Source of the DNA: a virus
Taxonomy: Duplodnaviria > Caudoviricetes
Reading direction: 5' to 3' (one strand)
IMG/VR virus record: IMGVR_UViG_3300009149_000044
Coordinates: 1-52,838 of that record
DNA length: 52,838 nucleotides
A model generated the notes under the pieces. That model had not been told where the DNA came from and did no database searches. It worked only from the letters and a program-made list of their open reading frames with translations. A program made the translations under genes and the position numbers. Every line of letters starts with the position of its first letter. The stretch's first letter is position 1. This document shows, piece after piece, positions 1 to 9,500 of this stretch.

Positions 1-448
1 CGCTGCTCGTGCTGCGGATGTAAACAGCATGACCGTCTGGATTCTCAACGTTTACCAGTTTGAGATAAATCGTAGGCCGATCACCGGAGCTCTCAGCTAT
101 CAGCTTTCCACCAACCTGCGTGAGATTTACATCCAGCACCGCAGCATAAACCACATACGGCCCACCGAAGTGATCGACGTCGCCGGTCTGTGCTGCGACC
201 CCATCGTAATACCACAGATGATATGATCCGACGCCTGGAAATGAACCGTCGCTCGTGTCAATGGCAATTTTATACGTGCCGGCCGTCTCTTCAGTAACCG
301 ACACGTAGTCCAATGCTGCCAACGCACCGAGAGCCACACCATCACGATACAATGTGGTGTACGTTGCAACATTTGCACCCTCGACACGCACATTATCCGC
401 ATCCCGCAACTGAATTAGCTCGTGGATTGTGTCTCCGAGTAGGTACAT
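1..448 (-). CDS. 5' part of a probable virion structural protein, running off the left window edge (MYLLGDTIHELIQLRDADNVRVEGANV...HAVYIRSTSS)
   Basis: Not in the ORF track; hand-translated. AAGGAG RBS, ATG at 448, open to position 1. May continue into the ORF at the right edge. Confidence 0.7.
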   Translation of the reverse strand, partial: MYLLGDTIHELIQLRDADNVRVEGANVATYTTLYRDGVALGALAALDYVSVTEETAGTYKIAIDTSDGSFPGVGSYHLWYYDGVAAQTGDVDHFGGPYVVYAAVLDVNLTQVGGKLIAESSGDRPTIYLKLVNVENPDGHAVYIRSTSS

Positions 449-451
449 GCA

Positions 452-649
452 CTACTCCTTCGCTATAGGATTCGCCGCCTTAGCAGCAAAGAAGTCGGCC
501 ACATCGGTTTCCACGTTCTCGCCCATAGCCTTGCATCTTGCATCCAGCTTCGCCAGTTCACGCTTCTTCTCATCCATTTGTCCCCTCAATGCTTTCCTCT
601 CGTTGAGAATTGCAAGCGAGGTTTCCAATTCAGTCAGGTCTATAGCCAT
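452..649 (-). CDS. hypothetical coiled-coil protein
   Basis: GGAG RBS; co-directional and tightly packed in the late operon. Confidence 0.6.
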   Translation of the reverse strand: MAIDLTELETSLAILNERKALRGQMDEKKRELAKLDARCKAMGENVETDVADFFAAKAANPIAKE

Positions 650-676
650 TTGTTAGGCTCCTCTGAGGCTTAGCCT

Positions 677-1360
677 CTATCTATCAAGTTCCAGTTCAAC
701 CAGCATTGCCATTGTCCGATAGTTGCTTGCAGTGCCGTCGCTAAATGCTGCTCCGTGCCAATTTATCCGACAATGCAGGGCAAGGTTTTCGATAGCATAG
801 TCGTCGTTGTGGTCAAACGTTGACTCGGCCCAACCTTGCGAAGTACCAAAGTCAGCAGGTTCCAGCACTACAGCGTTCGCTATCACAACAACCGTAGCTC
901 CATCCTTAGACCTCGTAACAAGTTCGCATGAAGGTGCTCCATCAGTAAGCACCATTCCAAGGTTGCCAGCCATCACCACTCGCCTAATCCATACACGCCC
1001 TAGCATCGTCAGCCCGATTTGTGCAGCAGCAGTTGAACTCACCAAGGCATTTTCATACGTGTCGCAGTTTCCTCGTATCTCGTACGTAAGCCCACCCTGT
1101 GTACCACCTGCCCACGGAGCATCAAGCTCAATGTGAGTATTATCTGTCCACGACGCCACTCCATAATCAACGGCGTTTATCTTGATAATCGACTCACTGC
1201 CAACCCACGTAGGAAACGTCCCTCCCGAAAGCGTTACGGTTGCATCACTATTTGCAACAGCTACAGTGCCGGTCGAATACTTCGTCTGTGGTCTCACCAA
1301 CCGAAACTCAGGTGCCCACACTCGTGGCTTTAATTTAATGTGATGGCTGGGTAGCAACAT
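677..1360 (-). CDS. putative beta-rich virion structural protein
   Basis: Segment YSTGTVAVANSDATVTLSGGTF...ELDAPWAG resembles small beta domains of tail/fibre proteins; late-operon position. Confidence 0.5.
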   Translation of the reverse strand: MLLPSHHIKLKPRVWAPEFRLVRPQTKYSTGTVAVANSDATVTLSGGTFPTWVGSESIIKINAVDYGVASWTDNTHIELDAPWAGGTQGGLTYEIRGNCDTYENALVSSTAAAQIGLTMLGRVWIRRVVMAGNLGMVLTDGAPSCELVTRSKDGATVVVIANAVVLEPADFGTSQGWAESTFDHNDDYAIENLALHCRINWHGAAFSDGTASNYRTMAMLVELELDR

Positions 1361-1375
1361 CGGTTAATCTCTACC

Positions 1376-1933
1376 TCAAACAGAAATCTTGGTGCCTTGA
1401 CGCTCGACCATCGCATTCAAACCAAGGACACCGCTCTCAACACCGGCCTTCTCCGCTTCGCGCTTGACGTCAGCGATCAGAACGCTATTGGCGTCGCCGC
1501 GGGTGACGTTCGCGTGAATGGCCTTTGTCAGGACCGCGGCAATAGCGGTCCGCTTGCGGGCGATGATGAGGCCTGGCAACAGACCGAGGAGGGTGAGCAG
1601 GATCTTCTCACCTACATTGACTGCCGCCTGACCTGCTGTGCGTTCCGCTGCAAGAACTGCCTTCAATTCACTCACCGCCGCCTCACCAATATAAACACCA
1701 GCAGAACCATCCGGCTTCAAACCAGGCAAGATAATGGTTTTCGTCTCACCGTCTGCTGTGGTAATGCGCAGCTGGTGGGTGCCGCGGTCGACAACGATTT
1801 CTTGAACCCCGGTGAGGTCAGTGCCTCGCAGCTCCTCGACGAACTGAGCCGTCTCAGTCCCTTCAAAGAGGCCTGAACACCCCAGGCAGCAGAACATCAG
1901 CAACACCGAAATGAAAATTACGCTCTTTCTCAT
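1376..1933 (-). CDS. lipoprotein with internal transmembrane segment (possible spanin-like lysis protein)
   Basis: Signal peptide MRKSVIFISVLLMFCCLGC with lipobox-like LGC; hydrophobic ILLTLLGLLPGLII at about aa 112-125. Confidence 0.5.
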   Translation of the reverse strand: MRKSVIFISVLLMFCCLGCSGLFEGTETAQFVEELRGTDLTGVQEIVVDRGTHQLRITTADGETKTIILPGLKPDGSAGVYIGEAAVSELKAVLAAERTAGQAAVNVGEKILLTLLGLLPGLIIARKRTAIAAVLTKAIHANVTRGDANSVLIADVKREAEKAGVESGVLGLNAMVERQGTKISV

Positions 1934-1944
1934 CGACTTTTCTC

Positions 1945-2217
1945 CTAAGGACGGATTATCTGTTCGATCTTCGCTAAGCGATCCAATATCGCTTTCTGCG
2001 TCCCTACAATATCGCGCTGGTTCAGCTCAAGAGCTTTCAGCACGTCCTGCATATCTGCCCTCAACTGGGCGACCCCATCCTGCGCGCCTTTGGCGACCTC
2101 GAGTGCCAGACATGCGGTCGAGTTTACTGCGCTGAAAGTGTAAACGGCGCTCCCAAACACGATAAGCGCTGTCAGCAGAAACGTCAGCCATCTCGGGTTC
2201 AAGGGGTCGTCCTCCAC
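1945..2217 (-). CDS. small membrane protein with coiled coil (holin/spanin candidate)
   Basis: One N-terminal TM (WLTFLLTALIVFGSAVYTF) followed by a heptad-like helix. Confidence 0.45.
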   Translation of the reverse strand: MEDDPLNPRWLTFLLTALIVFGSAVYTFSAVNSTACLALEVAKGAQDGVAQLRADMQDVLKALELNQRDIVGTQKAILDRLAKIEQIIRP

Positions 2218-2918
2218 TCGGTATTCCTCACAGACTGGACAAGGATCTCAGGGCGCCAGCCCAAAGACACCAGAGCTTTGCACGCTGAGTCTCTGCGCTC
2301 GCGGTGATCTGGCCTGTTCTGGTTGCCATTGTCGGTCTTGACAGCCTTGAAATCCGTGTGGTTGATATCGACAATCCAAGACGGCGCTGCCGTGGCGAGT
2401 TGCACGGAGGCGTTCAGAACAATATCGTCTTCTTCGCGGGTCTTCTGGTCGAGGGTTAGCGAGAAAGCGTGATGTAGCAGCGGCTGTCGGACCGCATGGA
2501 GCAGCCCTTTGACCATCCCTACAGGTCGCTCTTCGTGGAAATAATCCTGCGGGTCATCCCAATAAGGTCCGGACAGGGTGTGGTTGATTAATCTGCCGAT
2601 AGCGCCGACAACGGAGAGTGGATGCCTTATCAGCCCACCAAGCAGCTTGGCGCAGACGCCAGGGTGGAGGAAATGGATATCGTCATCCACGAAAACGACA
2701 GCATCCACAGACAGTAAGAGCGCGGCGGCGTGTCGGGCCTGACAGCCGTAATTGGTATCCGCCCAGATGTTCTTCACGCCGACAATGGATTCGCTGCAGG
2801 GTGCGTTATGCCAAACTACCACCTCAGCTGGTGCGGGCTCCTGCTGGAGCACACGAGCGACCGTCTGATGTAGCAGTAACGGTCTCTTGTAGCCTAAGAT
2901 GACAACAGCATATCGCAT
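2199..2918 (-). CDS. GT-A fold glycosyltransferase (GT2/GT64-like)
   Basis: VVILGYKRP, EVVVWHN, VVFVDDD (DxD) and EEDDIVLN motifs. Confidence 0.8.
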   Translation of the reverse strand: MRYAVVILGYKRPLLLHQTVARVLQQEPAPAEVVVWHNAPCSESIVGVKNIWADTNYGCQARHAAALLLSVDAVVFVDDDIHFLHPGVCAKLLGGLIRHPLSVVGAIGRLINHTLSGPYWDDPQDYFHEERPVGMVKGLLHAVRQPLLHHAFSLTLDQKTREEDDIVLNASVQLATAAPSWIVDINHTDFKAVKTDNGNQNRPDHRERRDSACKALVSLGWRPEILVQSVRNTEWRTTP

Positions 2919-3631
2919 AAGACCTCGGTCCTCTCCACCGAAACTTGCTCGCTGAGGTGGACATCCTCTCGGCGATCTTTCATCAGGCCGTTCTGGAGCA
3001 TGAATTCCAGCATCAAGACGGCCTGACGATGGTATTGCGTGACAATACGACCATTGTCTTCTGTGGTGATGTCGCCTAGGTGTCTGACCCGAGGGTGCAT
3101 GAGGAAACCAGTTGAGAAACCTGAGCAGTGCGCTCGGATCGAGTAGTCAGCATCAACACCGCGGATCATCTTCTCGTCGTGGTAGCCGATACGTTGCCAG
3201 ACGTGCCGTTTGATGAAAACTGCCATCCCTACGACATAAGGAACGCCTGCGATCTCGTAAGGACGCATCTCACGGTCGGTATGCCAACCGGCTGCCAGAT
3301 CCAGACCGGATTCATAACAGTGCATCACCATATCGTTCACGACCAGCACGTCGTCTTGGAGCTCCAGAACTGCTGTCGCCTGGAGCTCCTCGAAGGCAAC
3401 CTTCATCACCGCATTATAAGCGGGTGCGATCGGAAGCATCACCCCGGTTTCGAGGATGATTGCGGGGCAGCCGGCCTGAGCTGCGAGCGCGCGTAGCTGT
3501 CGAGTAATCGTCTCTCCACCTCCGTTATTCAGCCAAACACGAGTGCATCCACCTCTTAGTGCAAGGTGATTGCTGACCACGGCCTCAAGAGGCCTCTTCC
3601 TGGGTGAAAAGACGGTCGTTACGACTTCCAT
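2894..3631 (-). CDS. GT2-family glycosyltransferase
   Basis: LQDD (DxD-like), AVFIKRHVWQRIGYHDE, DADYSIRA and VRHLG motifs; ATG overlaps the capsid stop (TGATG). Confidence 0.8.
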   Translation of the reverse strand: MEVVTTVFSPRKRPLEAVVSNHLALRGGCTRVWLNNGGGETITRQLRALAAQAGCPAIILETGVMLPIAPAYNAVMKVAFEELQATAVLELQDDVLVVNDMVMHCYESGLDLAAGWHTDREMRPYEIAGVPYVVGMAVFIKRHVWQRIGYHDEKMIRGVDADYSIRAHCSGFSTGFLMHPRVRHLGDITTEDNGRIVTQYHRQAVLMLEFMLQNGLMKDRREDVHLSEQVSVERTEVLCDMLLSS

Positions 3632-4641
3632 CAGCTACCGGATGCGCTATAGAGACCCTTGATCAGAGCCTTCGGCCTTGTGCATACGCAGAGAGGGTTC
3701 TGCTGCGTGTGGAGCGTGACACCACGATCCAGACTCATCATCTCCTTCTTCGCGTAGATCGGCAGGCCGACCGTGTTGACGGTCTCCATAAAGTCCGCCG
3801 GCGCGAAGTAGGTCAGATACATATTCGGAACGCCGACCGGGAAGAACCGAGCCTGCGCGGCGGGGAAGAAGTCGACCCCGCTGACGGTGCCAGGATACTC
3901 TTCGAAGACGATGCCGGCGAACTCGAATCCCTTCCGGGGATCGTTCCGGAGGAACTGGCCCTCCTGGAAGCGATCGTATGCTTCCTTGACGCTGGTGTGG
4001 CCTATGAAGGCGTCAAACCAGGTCTTGCCGACGAAGGCGTGGATGTGATCGTAGGGTGCAGCACCCAGGGCGGTTTCGACTGCACGTTTCACCGCCAGGC
4101 ACTTGAGGCGGCAGTCCGTGGTGGAATCACCGAGATCGAAGTCGACCTCCTGCTCCGACACCCCGAATTCGGTGAAGAGGTTGAAGAGGAGCGTGACGCC
4201 ATCTGCGTCGTAGATCTTCCCCTGAAGCGCACCGATGCGGTGATACTCGAGGGTGACCTCATGGCTCTGCCTCATAACCTCAAGGCGGTCATTGACAACC
4301 TGACTGACGCTCTGGAGCTGATTCTCCGTGCCGAAAGCGCGGATGTTCTGCACCTGCTCAGCCAGAATGGCATCTTCCAGCGGGATGTGGGGGATGGCGA
4401 ATGATCTCACCGTCCTCTTTTCACCCTGCCCGACATTCGACGGCCCCCCGCGGTGCTTGGTCGAGAGGAGCGCCAGCTTATCGGCGTTCTCTTCGATGAG
4501 CACGGTGAGGGTGGTAACGCCGCGGGTCCCGAAGAGCCCCATCGACCCGATCCTGCTCGGCTTGAACGGGAGCTTGTTGATCGCATCCGTCAGGCTCTGC
4601 AGACTGAAGATATCGCTGTCGAAAACATTGTTGACGGCCAT
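3631..4641 (-). CDS. major capsid protein (lambda gpE-like family)
   Basis: FSLQSLTDAINKLP, TLEYHRIGALQG, FAPADFMETVNTVGLP and QQNPLCVCTRP motifs; follows the decoration gene. Confidence 0.93.
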   Translation of the reverse strand: MAVNNVFDSDIFSLQSLTDAINKLPFKPSRIGSMGLFGTRGVTTLTVLIEENADKLALLSTKHRGGPSNVGQGEKRTVRSFAIPHIPLEDAILAEQVQNIRAFGTENQLQSVSQVVNDRLEVMRQSHEVTLEYHRIGALQGKIYDADGVTLLFNLFTEFGVSEQEVDFDLGDSTTDCRLKCLAVKRAVETALGAAPYDHIHAFVGKTWFDAFIGHTSVKEAYDRFQEGQFLRNDPRKGFEFAGIVFEEYPGTVSGVDFFPAAQARFFPVGVPNMYLTYFAPADFMETVNTVGLPIYAKKEMMSLDRGVTLHTQQNPLCVCTRPKALIKGLYSASGS

Positions 4642-4695
4642 CTTGCTATGACTCCTATCGAATGAACCAGTTGAAACCGGTAGAAATGCTCCTTA

Positions 4696-5061
4696 TCAGA
4701 GCGTGGTGTAGGTCGGGCCCGTGCGGACCAGGATACCCAACGCCTTCAGCGCTGCGATCGCGGCAGTCTTCCCTGCAGCGTCCAGGGCACCCCAGTCGAT
4801 CGCGTCGTAAGCGACAATACCGTGCCGGACCATCCCGACTGCGATGCCATCAGCACCGGACGGCGCTGCGGCTTCGAGGGCGACAGCGGCTGCGCTGGCA
4901 CCTGTGGTGCAGACTACGTAATTACTCCCACTTGCTTCCAAGAGGGCTCCGACTACAATAGTCTGACCGTCTGTGATCGTGAGGTTCTCGCGGCTGAACC
5001 TCAGATCGCCTTCCATCTTGACGAGATCATTGAGATCTGTCAGCTGAGTCGAGCTGCTCAT
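4696..5061 (-). CDS. head decoration protein (gpD-like)
   Basis: FSRENLTI, AAVALE, ALKALGILVR; lies between protease and capsid. Confidence 0.85.
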   Translation of the reverse strand: MSSSTQLTDLNDLVKMEGDLRFSRENLTITDGQTIVVGALLEASGSNYVVCTTGASAAAVALEAAAPSGADGIAVGMVRHGIVAYDAIDWGALDAAGKTAAIAALKALGILVRTGPTYTTL

Positions 5062-5120
5062 TTGTCTGAATCTCCTGACTGCTTGAAATGGCTACCGGTT
5101 TACCTTGGTTCTGTTGACGT

Positions 5121-6164
5121 TCAGTGCTTGGCTGCGGCTGCTCTGCGTTCGGCGTCGGCGACCAGCGGGCTTACAGCCGGTGCGCCGGGGTGGTTGAGGC
5201 TGAGCGTCTGCGGTCCGCTGACGGGCTGCAGGTCGACCGCTTTGTTCTCCCTGAGGATCTCCACCAGCTTGTCAAACGAGTTGTCGCCCCGCGAAAGGGC
5301 CAGGTGGAGCGCTTTACTGTCCGCTCCGATCAGGTAGTCCTGGAGCTTATCGCGGACCGCCGGGGTGATATTGCCGGCTTCAACCAGCGTGTTCAGCTTC
5401 AGCGTCCGGTTCTCGGCTGCCATGCTGAGCAGGACCGGGTCGACCTCTTTGATGCCGCCCTTCTCCTTCAGCTGCGCTTCCAGCACCGCGACCTTGTCCT
5501 GAAGCTCCTTGACCTGCTTGCCATGATCCTCACCGAGCTTCGTTACGTGACTGAGGATGACCTCCTCCGCCTTGTCCTCAGCGGGGGCCTCTTCGATGCC
5601 GAGAGCCTTCGCGATCTTCGTCCAATCCATCTTTTTATTCTCCTTGAGCGACGCTGCAATGGCCTTGAATTCGCCAAGGCCGGGGATTACTGGGTCGGTG
5701 CAAAGCGCCACATGCGTGATGGGGCGCTTGTAGGTGTTGCCGTGGCCGTCAATCAGCACCGGCGGCACGTAGATGCTGACGTCAGACCTGCCTGCCAGGG
5801 CTATTCCGTCTTCGCCCACCAGGTCAATCACGCCCACGAGCGTATCGCCGTCGACAAAGACGTCCTCCAGCCAGCCGCGGTTGTCTTCTGGTGAGATCGA
5901 TTCAGGGTTCTTGGTGTGGGTGTGGGGAACAGGGACGCGGATACCGTTGGCCTTCATCTGACTGAAGGTCTGCGCCCAGTGGTGAAGTGAATCGCTGTTG
6001 ACAGCGAATGACATCCCGTCGCTGGCTTTGACGAAAGAGCCGACCTTGATGAGGTCTTTGCGGAACCGCTGATGCTGCACCCCATCGGTGTCATTCGGTG
6101 CCGCCAGCGCCAGCGCAGGTGCGCCTGGGTAGATGTAAAGGACTTCCGTGATCGGGTGTGCCAT
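5121..6164 (-). CDS. Mu gpI-like prohead protease/scaffold
   Basis: ITHVALCTDPVIPGL protease motif and coiled-coil scaffold C-terminus. Start moved to ATG 6164 (GGAG RBS; the upstream start lies inside the promoter). Confidence 0.8.
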   Translation of the reverse strand: MAHPITEVLYIYPGAPALALAAPNDTDGVQHQRFRKDLIKVGSFVKASDGMSFAVNSDSLHHWAQTFSQMKANGIRVPVPHTHTKNPESISPEDNRGWLEDVFVDGDTLVGVIDLVGEDGIALAGRSDVSIYVPPVLIDGHGNTYKRPITHVALCTDPVIPGLGEFKAIAASLKENKKMDWTKIAKALGIEEAPAEDKAEEVILSHVTKLGEDHGKQVKELQDKVAVLEAQLKEKGGIKEVDPVLLSMAAENRTLKLNTLVEAGNITPAVRDKLQDYLIGADSKALHLALSRGDNSFDKLVEILRENKAVDLQPVSGPQTLSLNHPGAPAVSPLVADAERRAAAAKH

Positions 6165-6199
6165 CGCTTGGTTCTCCAGGGTTATGACCTTACGGGGAT

Positions 6200-6228
6200 A
6201 GTATAAGACCATAACCCGGAGAAGTCAA
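6200..6228 (-). promoter_or_regulatory. sigma70-type promoter for the capsid/tail operon
   Basis: TTGACT-TCTCCGGGTTATGGTCT(17)-TATACT; near-identical to the promoter at 13189-13217. Confidence 0.8.
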
Positions 6229-6236
6229 GCAGAAAT

Positions 6237-6575
6237 CTATTCGACGTCTTCGTCTTCTGTATCTGCCGCTTGCTCGAGCATCTGCTGTTGGATTTCAGAA
6301 GCCAGCTTCTGCGCTTCCGCCTCGGCTTGCTGCTGCTTGCGGAGCCGTTCGGTGTCCTCTACGTATTGGAGACCATGGTCTCCTGGGTAGGGGTAGGGGT
6401 CGCGGTGGAGGTCGTTGCCTATGTAGATCTGCAAGGGGATTCCGTCAGGGAATGCCTCGCACTTTGTTGGGTCAGACCTGAACTGCCGTAAGCAAGTCAT
6501 GCATGGTGAAAGCTGCTTCGCAGTCAGCGTGGGTAGCGGATCGTTCAGCGCGGTGATCTTCTCTTTGGTGGCCAT
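6237..6575 (-). CDS. small Cys/His protein directly downstream of MuF (candidate immunity/partner protein)
   Basis: CMTC...CEAFPDGIP...[10 protein letters not shown]; ATG at 6575 follows an AAGGAAG RBS. Confidence 0.6.
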   Translation of the reverse strand: MATKEKITALNDPLPTLTAKQLSPCMTCLRQFRSDPTKCEAFPDGIPLQIYIGNDLHRDPYPYPGDHGLQYVEDTERLRKQQQAEAEAQKLASEIQQQMLEQAADTEDEDVE

Positions 6576-6594
6576 ATAGGGCTTCCTTTCTTCG

Positions 6595-9500
6595 TTAATC
6601 TGTATCGTCCAGGATTTCGACCTGGATGACTTTCCGCTCAATCCCTGCTTTGTAACGGTCTTTCACGTTATTGTATGTTTCCAGCACCCTGACCTTCGTG
6701 CCGTGCGGCAGGAGGTATTCGTTTTCGCTTTCGTTCATACCGGCGATAAGGCGTTGGCCTTTCTTCACTTTGAACTCGATCGCACAGACGCCCCTATCAA
6801 AGTCTATCAAAGGAATCTCTGCTGTAGAACCGAAGCCTTGGAATTGATAGACACCGCCCTTCTCCCAACCTGGCGGGATTACCCTTTGGAAGCGAACCAA
6901 GATCTTGTCTTCTTCCAAGCGTGCGGATCTGCTCATTGCACGGTCAACTCTTTTAAGCGCCTCCAGCTGACTACCCGATACAGAAACACCGTTGCGGGTG
7001 AAGTCCGCCAGCTTCAACTCTTTAACAGTCCGCGTTCTGCCTTCTGCAGCGGCAAGCTTGCGCAGCTTATCGTTCATTTCCATGTAACCACTACAGGTGT
7101 AATGTTTAACAGCCCGCTTCCCAGTTTCAGGCAAGCTGTGCCACCTTGCCTCATACGTTCGATAATGGTGCCTGGCTTTATCTCTAGCAGCTTCCCAAGC
7201 TGCAAAGCTCGCGGGTGTGGGGCTGCTACTCTTTTTGAACTTTAGCACTGCATCATCAAACTCGGGAAGCAGCGTCTTGCCAGCCACCACCTCTGCAGCA
7301 GCACGCCGGGACGTTACACTGGACGCGGAGCTAACAGTCTGGGCAAGCTTCACCTTAAGCGCTTCGCGCTGGGCCAAGATGTCGTTATAGCGCGCGCTCA
7401 AGGTCGCTTTCAGCTTCATCCGCGAGCCTGCAGTCATCCCAGACTTATCGATAATCCCGTTGACAACCCCCAAACCACCCTGGGCCTTTACACGAGCCTC
7501 GAAGTCGTCGATCAACGTGACCAGCTTCTTATCATTGATGCCAGCGAAGACCTTAGCAGCGGTCTTATTCATACTGGCGCTTCTGAGTGTCTGGAGCTCA
7601 CCGACAGTATTGCCGAACAAGTTCCCTTTCACGGCCCCTTGGGCTCGGTAGAGGAGCGCGCCACCGCTATCAAGACGGATGATCTTACCTGCTGCGTTGA
7701 TACCGATATTGTCGTAGTCAAGACCGACGACATCCCAGTTCGCCATCCAGGCATCAAACACAAAGCCCTCTTCGGCTTTCTTGTAAGCAGCCGCGGTTAC
7801 GTTGGAGAACTGCGCCTTCTTGTTGAACAGCGCCAACCTGCCATCCACAACACCAAGGCGAGATTCAATGGGCAGGCCGATCTGACTGCCGCCCAACTTC
7901 CGATACAACTCATTCGCCAGCCACTCATTCTGCAGCCGCTCGTCGGAAAGGCCGATCTTCATCACGAACTGGACGCCCGTCTGCGGGCCAGAAGTGATAG
8001 TGACCATCTTCGCACCGGTCGTGCCACCGATATGCGCGTCCTCCACACGGAAGGTCACACCGTCCAACCTCTCAAGGTCGGGCACCACCTCGGGTGCAAT
8101 CTCCTTTGCTGGCGCCGCTGCAGGTGTCGCTGCTTTGGCACCTGGCTGCGTGGTAACCTCGATATGCCACTTGCCGTCGATCTTCTGTCCCTTCAGCTTG
8201 CCAGCTTTCATCTGGTCGTAGGCTTTATCATATTTGATGCCCATCTTCGCTGCTGCGTCTTTGATCGGCAGCCATTCGACCACCGGCTTCGGTTTGTCAA
8301 AGGCGATATGCCACTTGCCGCCCACCTTCACGCCTTTGAGCTTGCCGGTCTTCATCATATCGTAGGCTTTATCATATTTCAGACCGAGCTTGCTGGCGGC
8401 GGTGGAGATAGCCAGCGTATCATGCAGACCTGGGTCATACGCAACAGTAGCGGGCACCAGGTCTGATATGGCAGGTGGTGTCGGCGCAGACGATGCTGGC
8501 GCTGCGGGCGGTGTTGGTTTCGCTTGTGGGGGTGGTGCGGCTATCACAAGCGGGCTGGGCGTAGGGGTCTTGGTCACCGTCAAGTCGACCACCTGCCACT
8601 CCTTGCCGTCAATCATCTCAGTGCTTATCTTGGTGACCTGCATCTGTGCTTCGCGCGGCAGGACAAAAACACCTGGATTGGCTGTCTTGGCGAGCGCACC
8701 GAGGTGCGCGCCATTCATCCCTTCTGGAACTTTGATCCGCCACAGAACAGCATTGGGAGACTTGTGGGTCGTGAGATAAGCTTCGTAGGTAGTCGCGGAG
8801 AAGTGGGCGCTTTGAGACACCAGCTGCCCGACTTGCAGGTTGGTAAAGGCTTTATCGCCAAACTGCCGTGCGTAGAGCAGTCTGGTCTTTTCCAGGGTGT
8901 TCTGTGCGGCCTTGTCTAGTGCCTGCAGGGCGGGGGCCGCGTTTGACCCATTGTAGTAATTCGCCAGCTGCTTGAGCTCTTCAGCTGACCAATGGTCAGC
9001 CCAGGTGTGGCCGAGCATGTCGTCTGTAGCGAGCTGTTGAGGTGTGGTCACTATGAAGGGGACATCTGCTTCGCTGACGACCTGCTGGAACACGCGGCCT
9101 GGATTGTAGTCGAAGCCTGGGTCAGGCAACGGCAGCGCCATCAAATCGGGGGGCTCGTAGCCTTCTGGCTCATGGTCCAGTGCAATGACATCGCAGCGGC
9201 AAGCCCACCCGTTCGGCGGCCAATAGTTTTCGAGGGTCGGCGAATCCCGCTTCATCAGCAGACCATCAAGAGCGGCGTGGTTCGGTCTGACGCGGTCATC
9301 GCCTACTGTGACGTATTTATAACCCCAGATCAAGTCCTTGAATGCTTCGTGCTGGTCTGCTTGCCAGATGCCTGCGCTGTAGGCCAGCTGAACTTGAGTG
9401 CGAGTGATTGCCTCCAGCTGGAATGAGTTCACCGGCGTGATGCCAGACGCCTCGAATGCCTGGCCCAACCGCTTGACACCGTCCTGGACGTGCATCCCTT

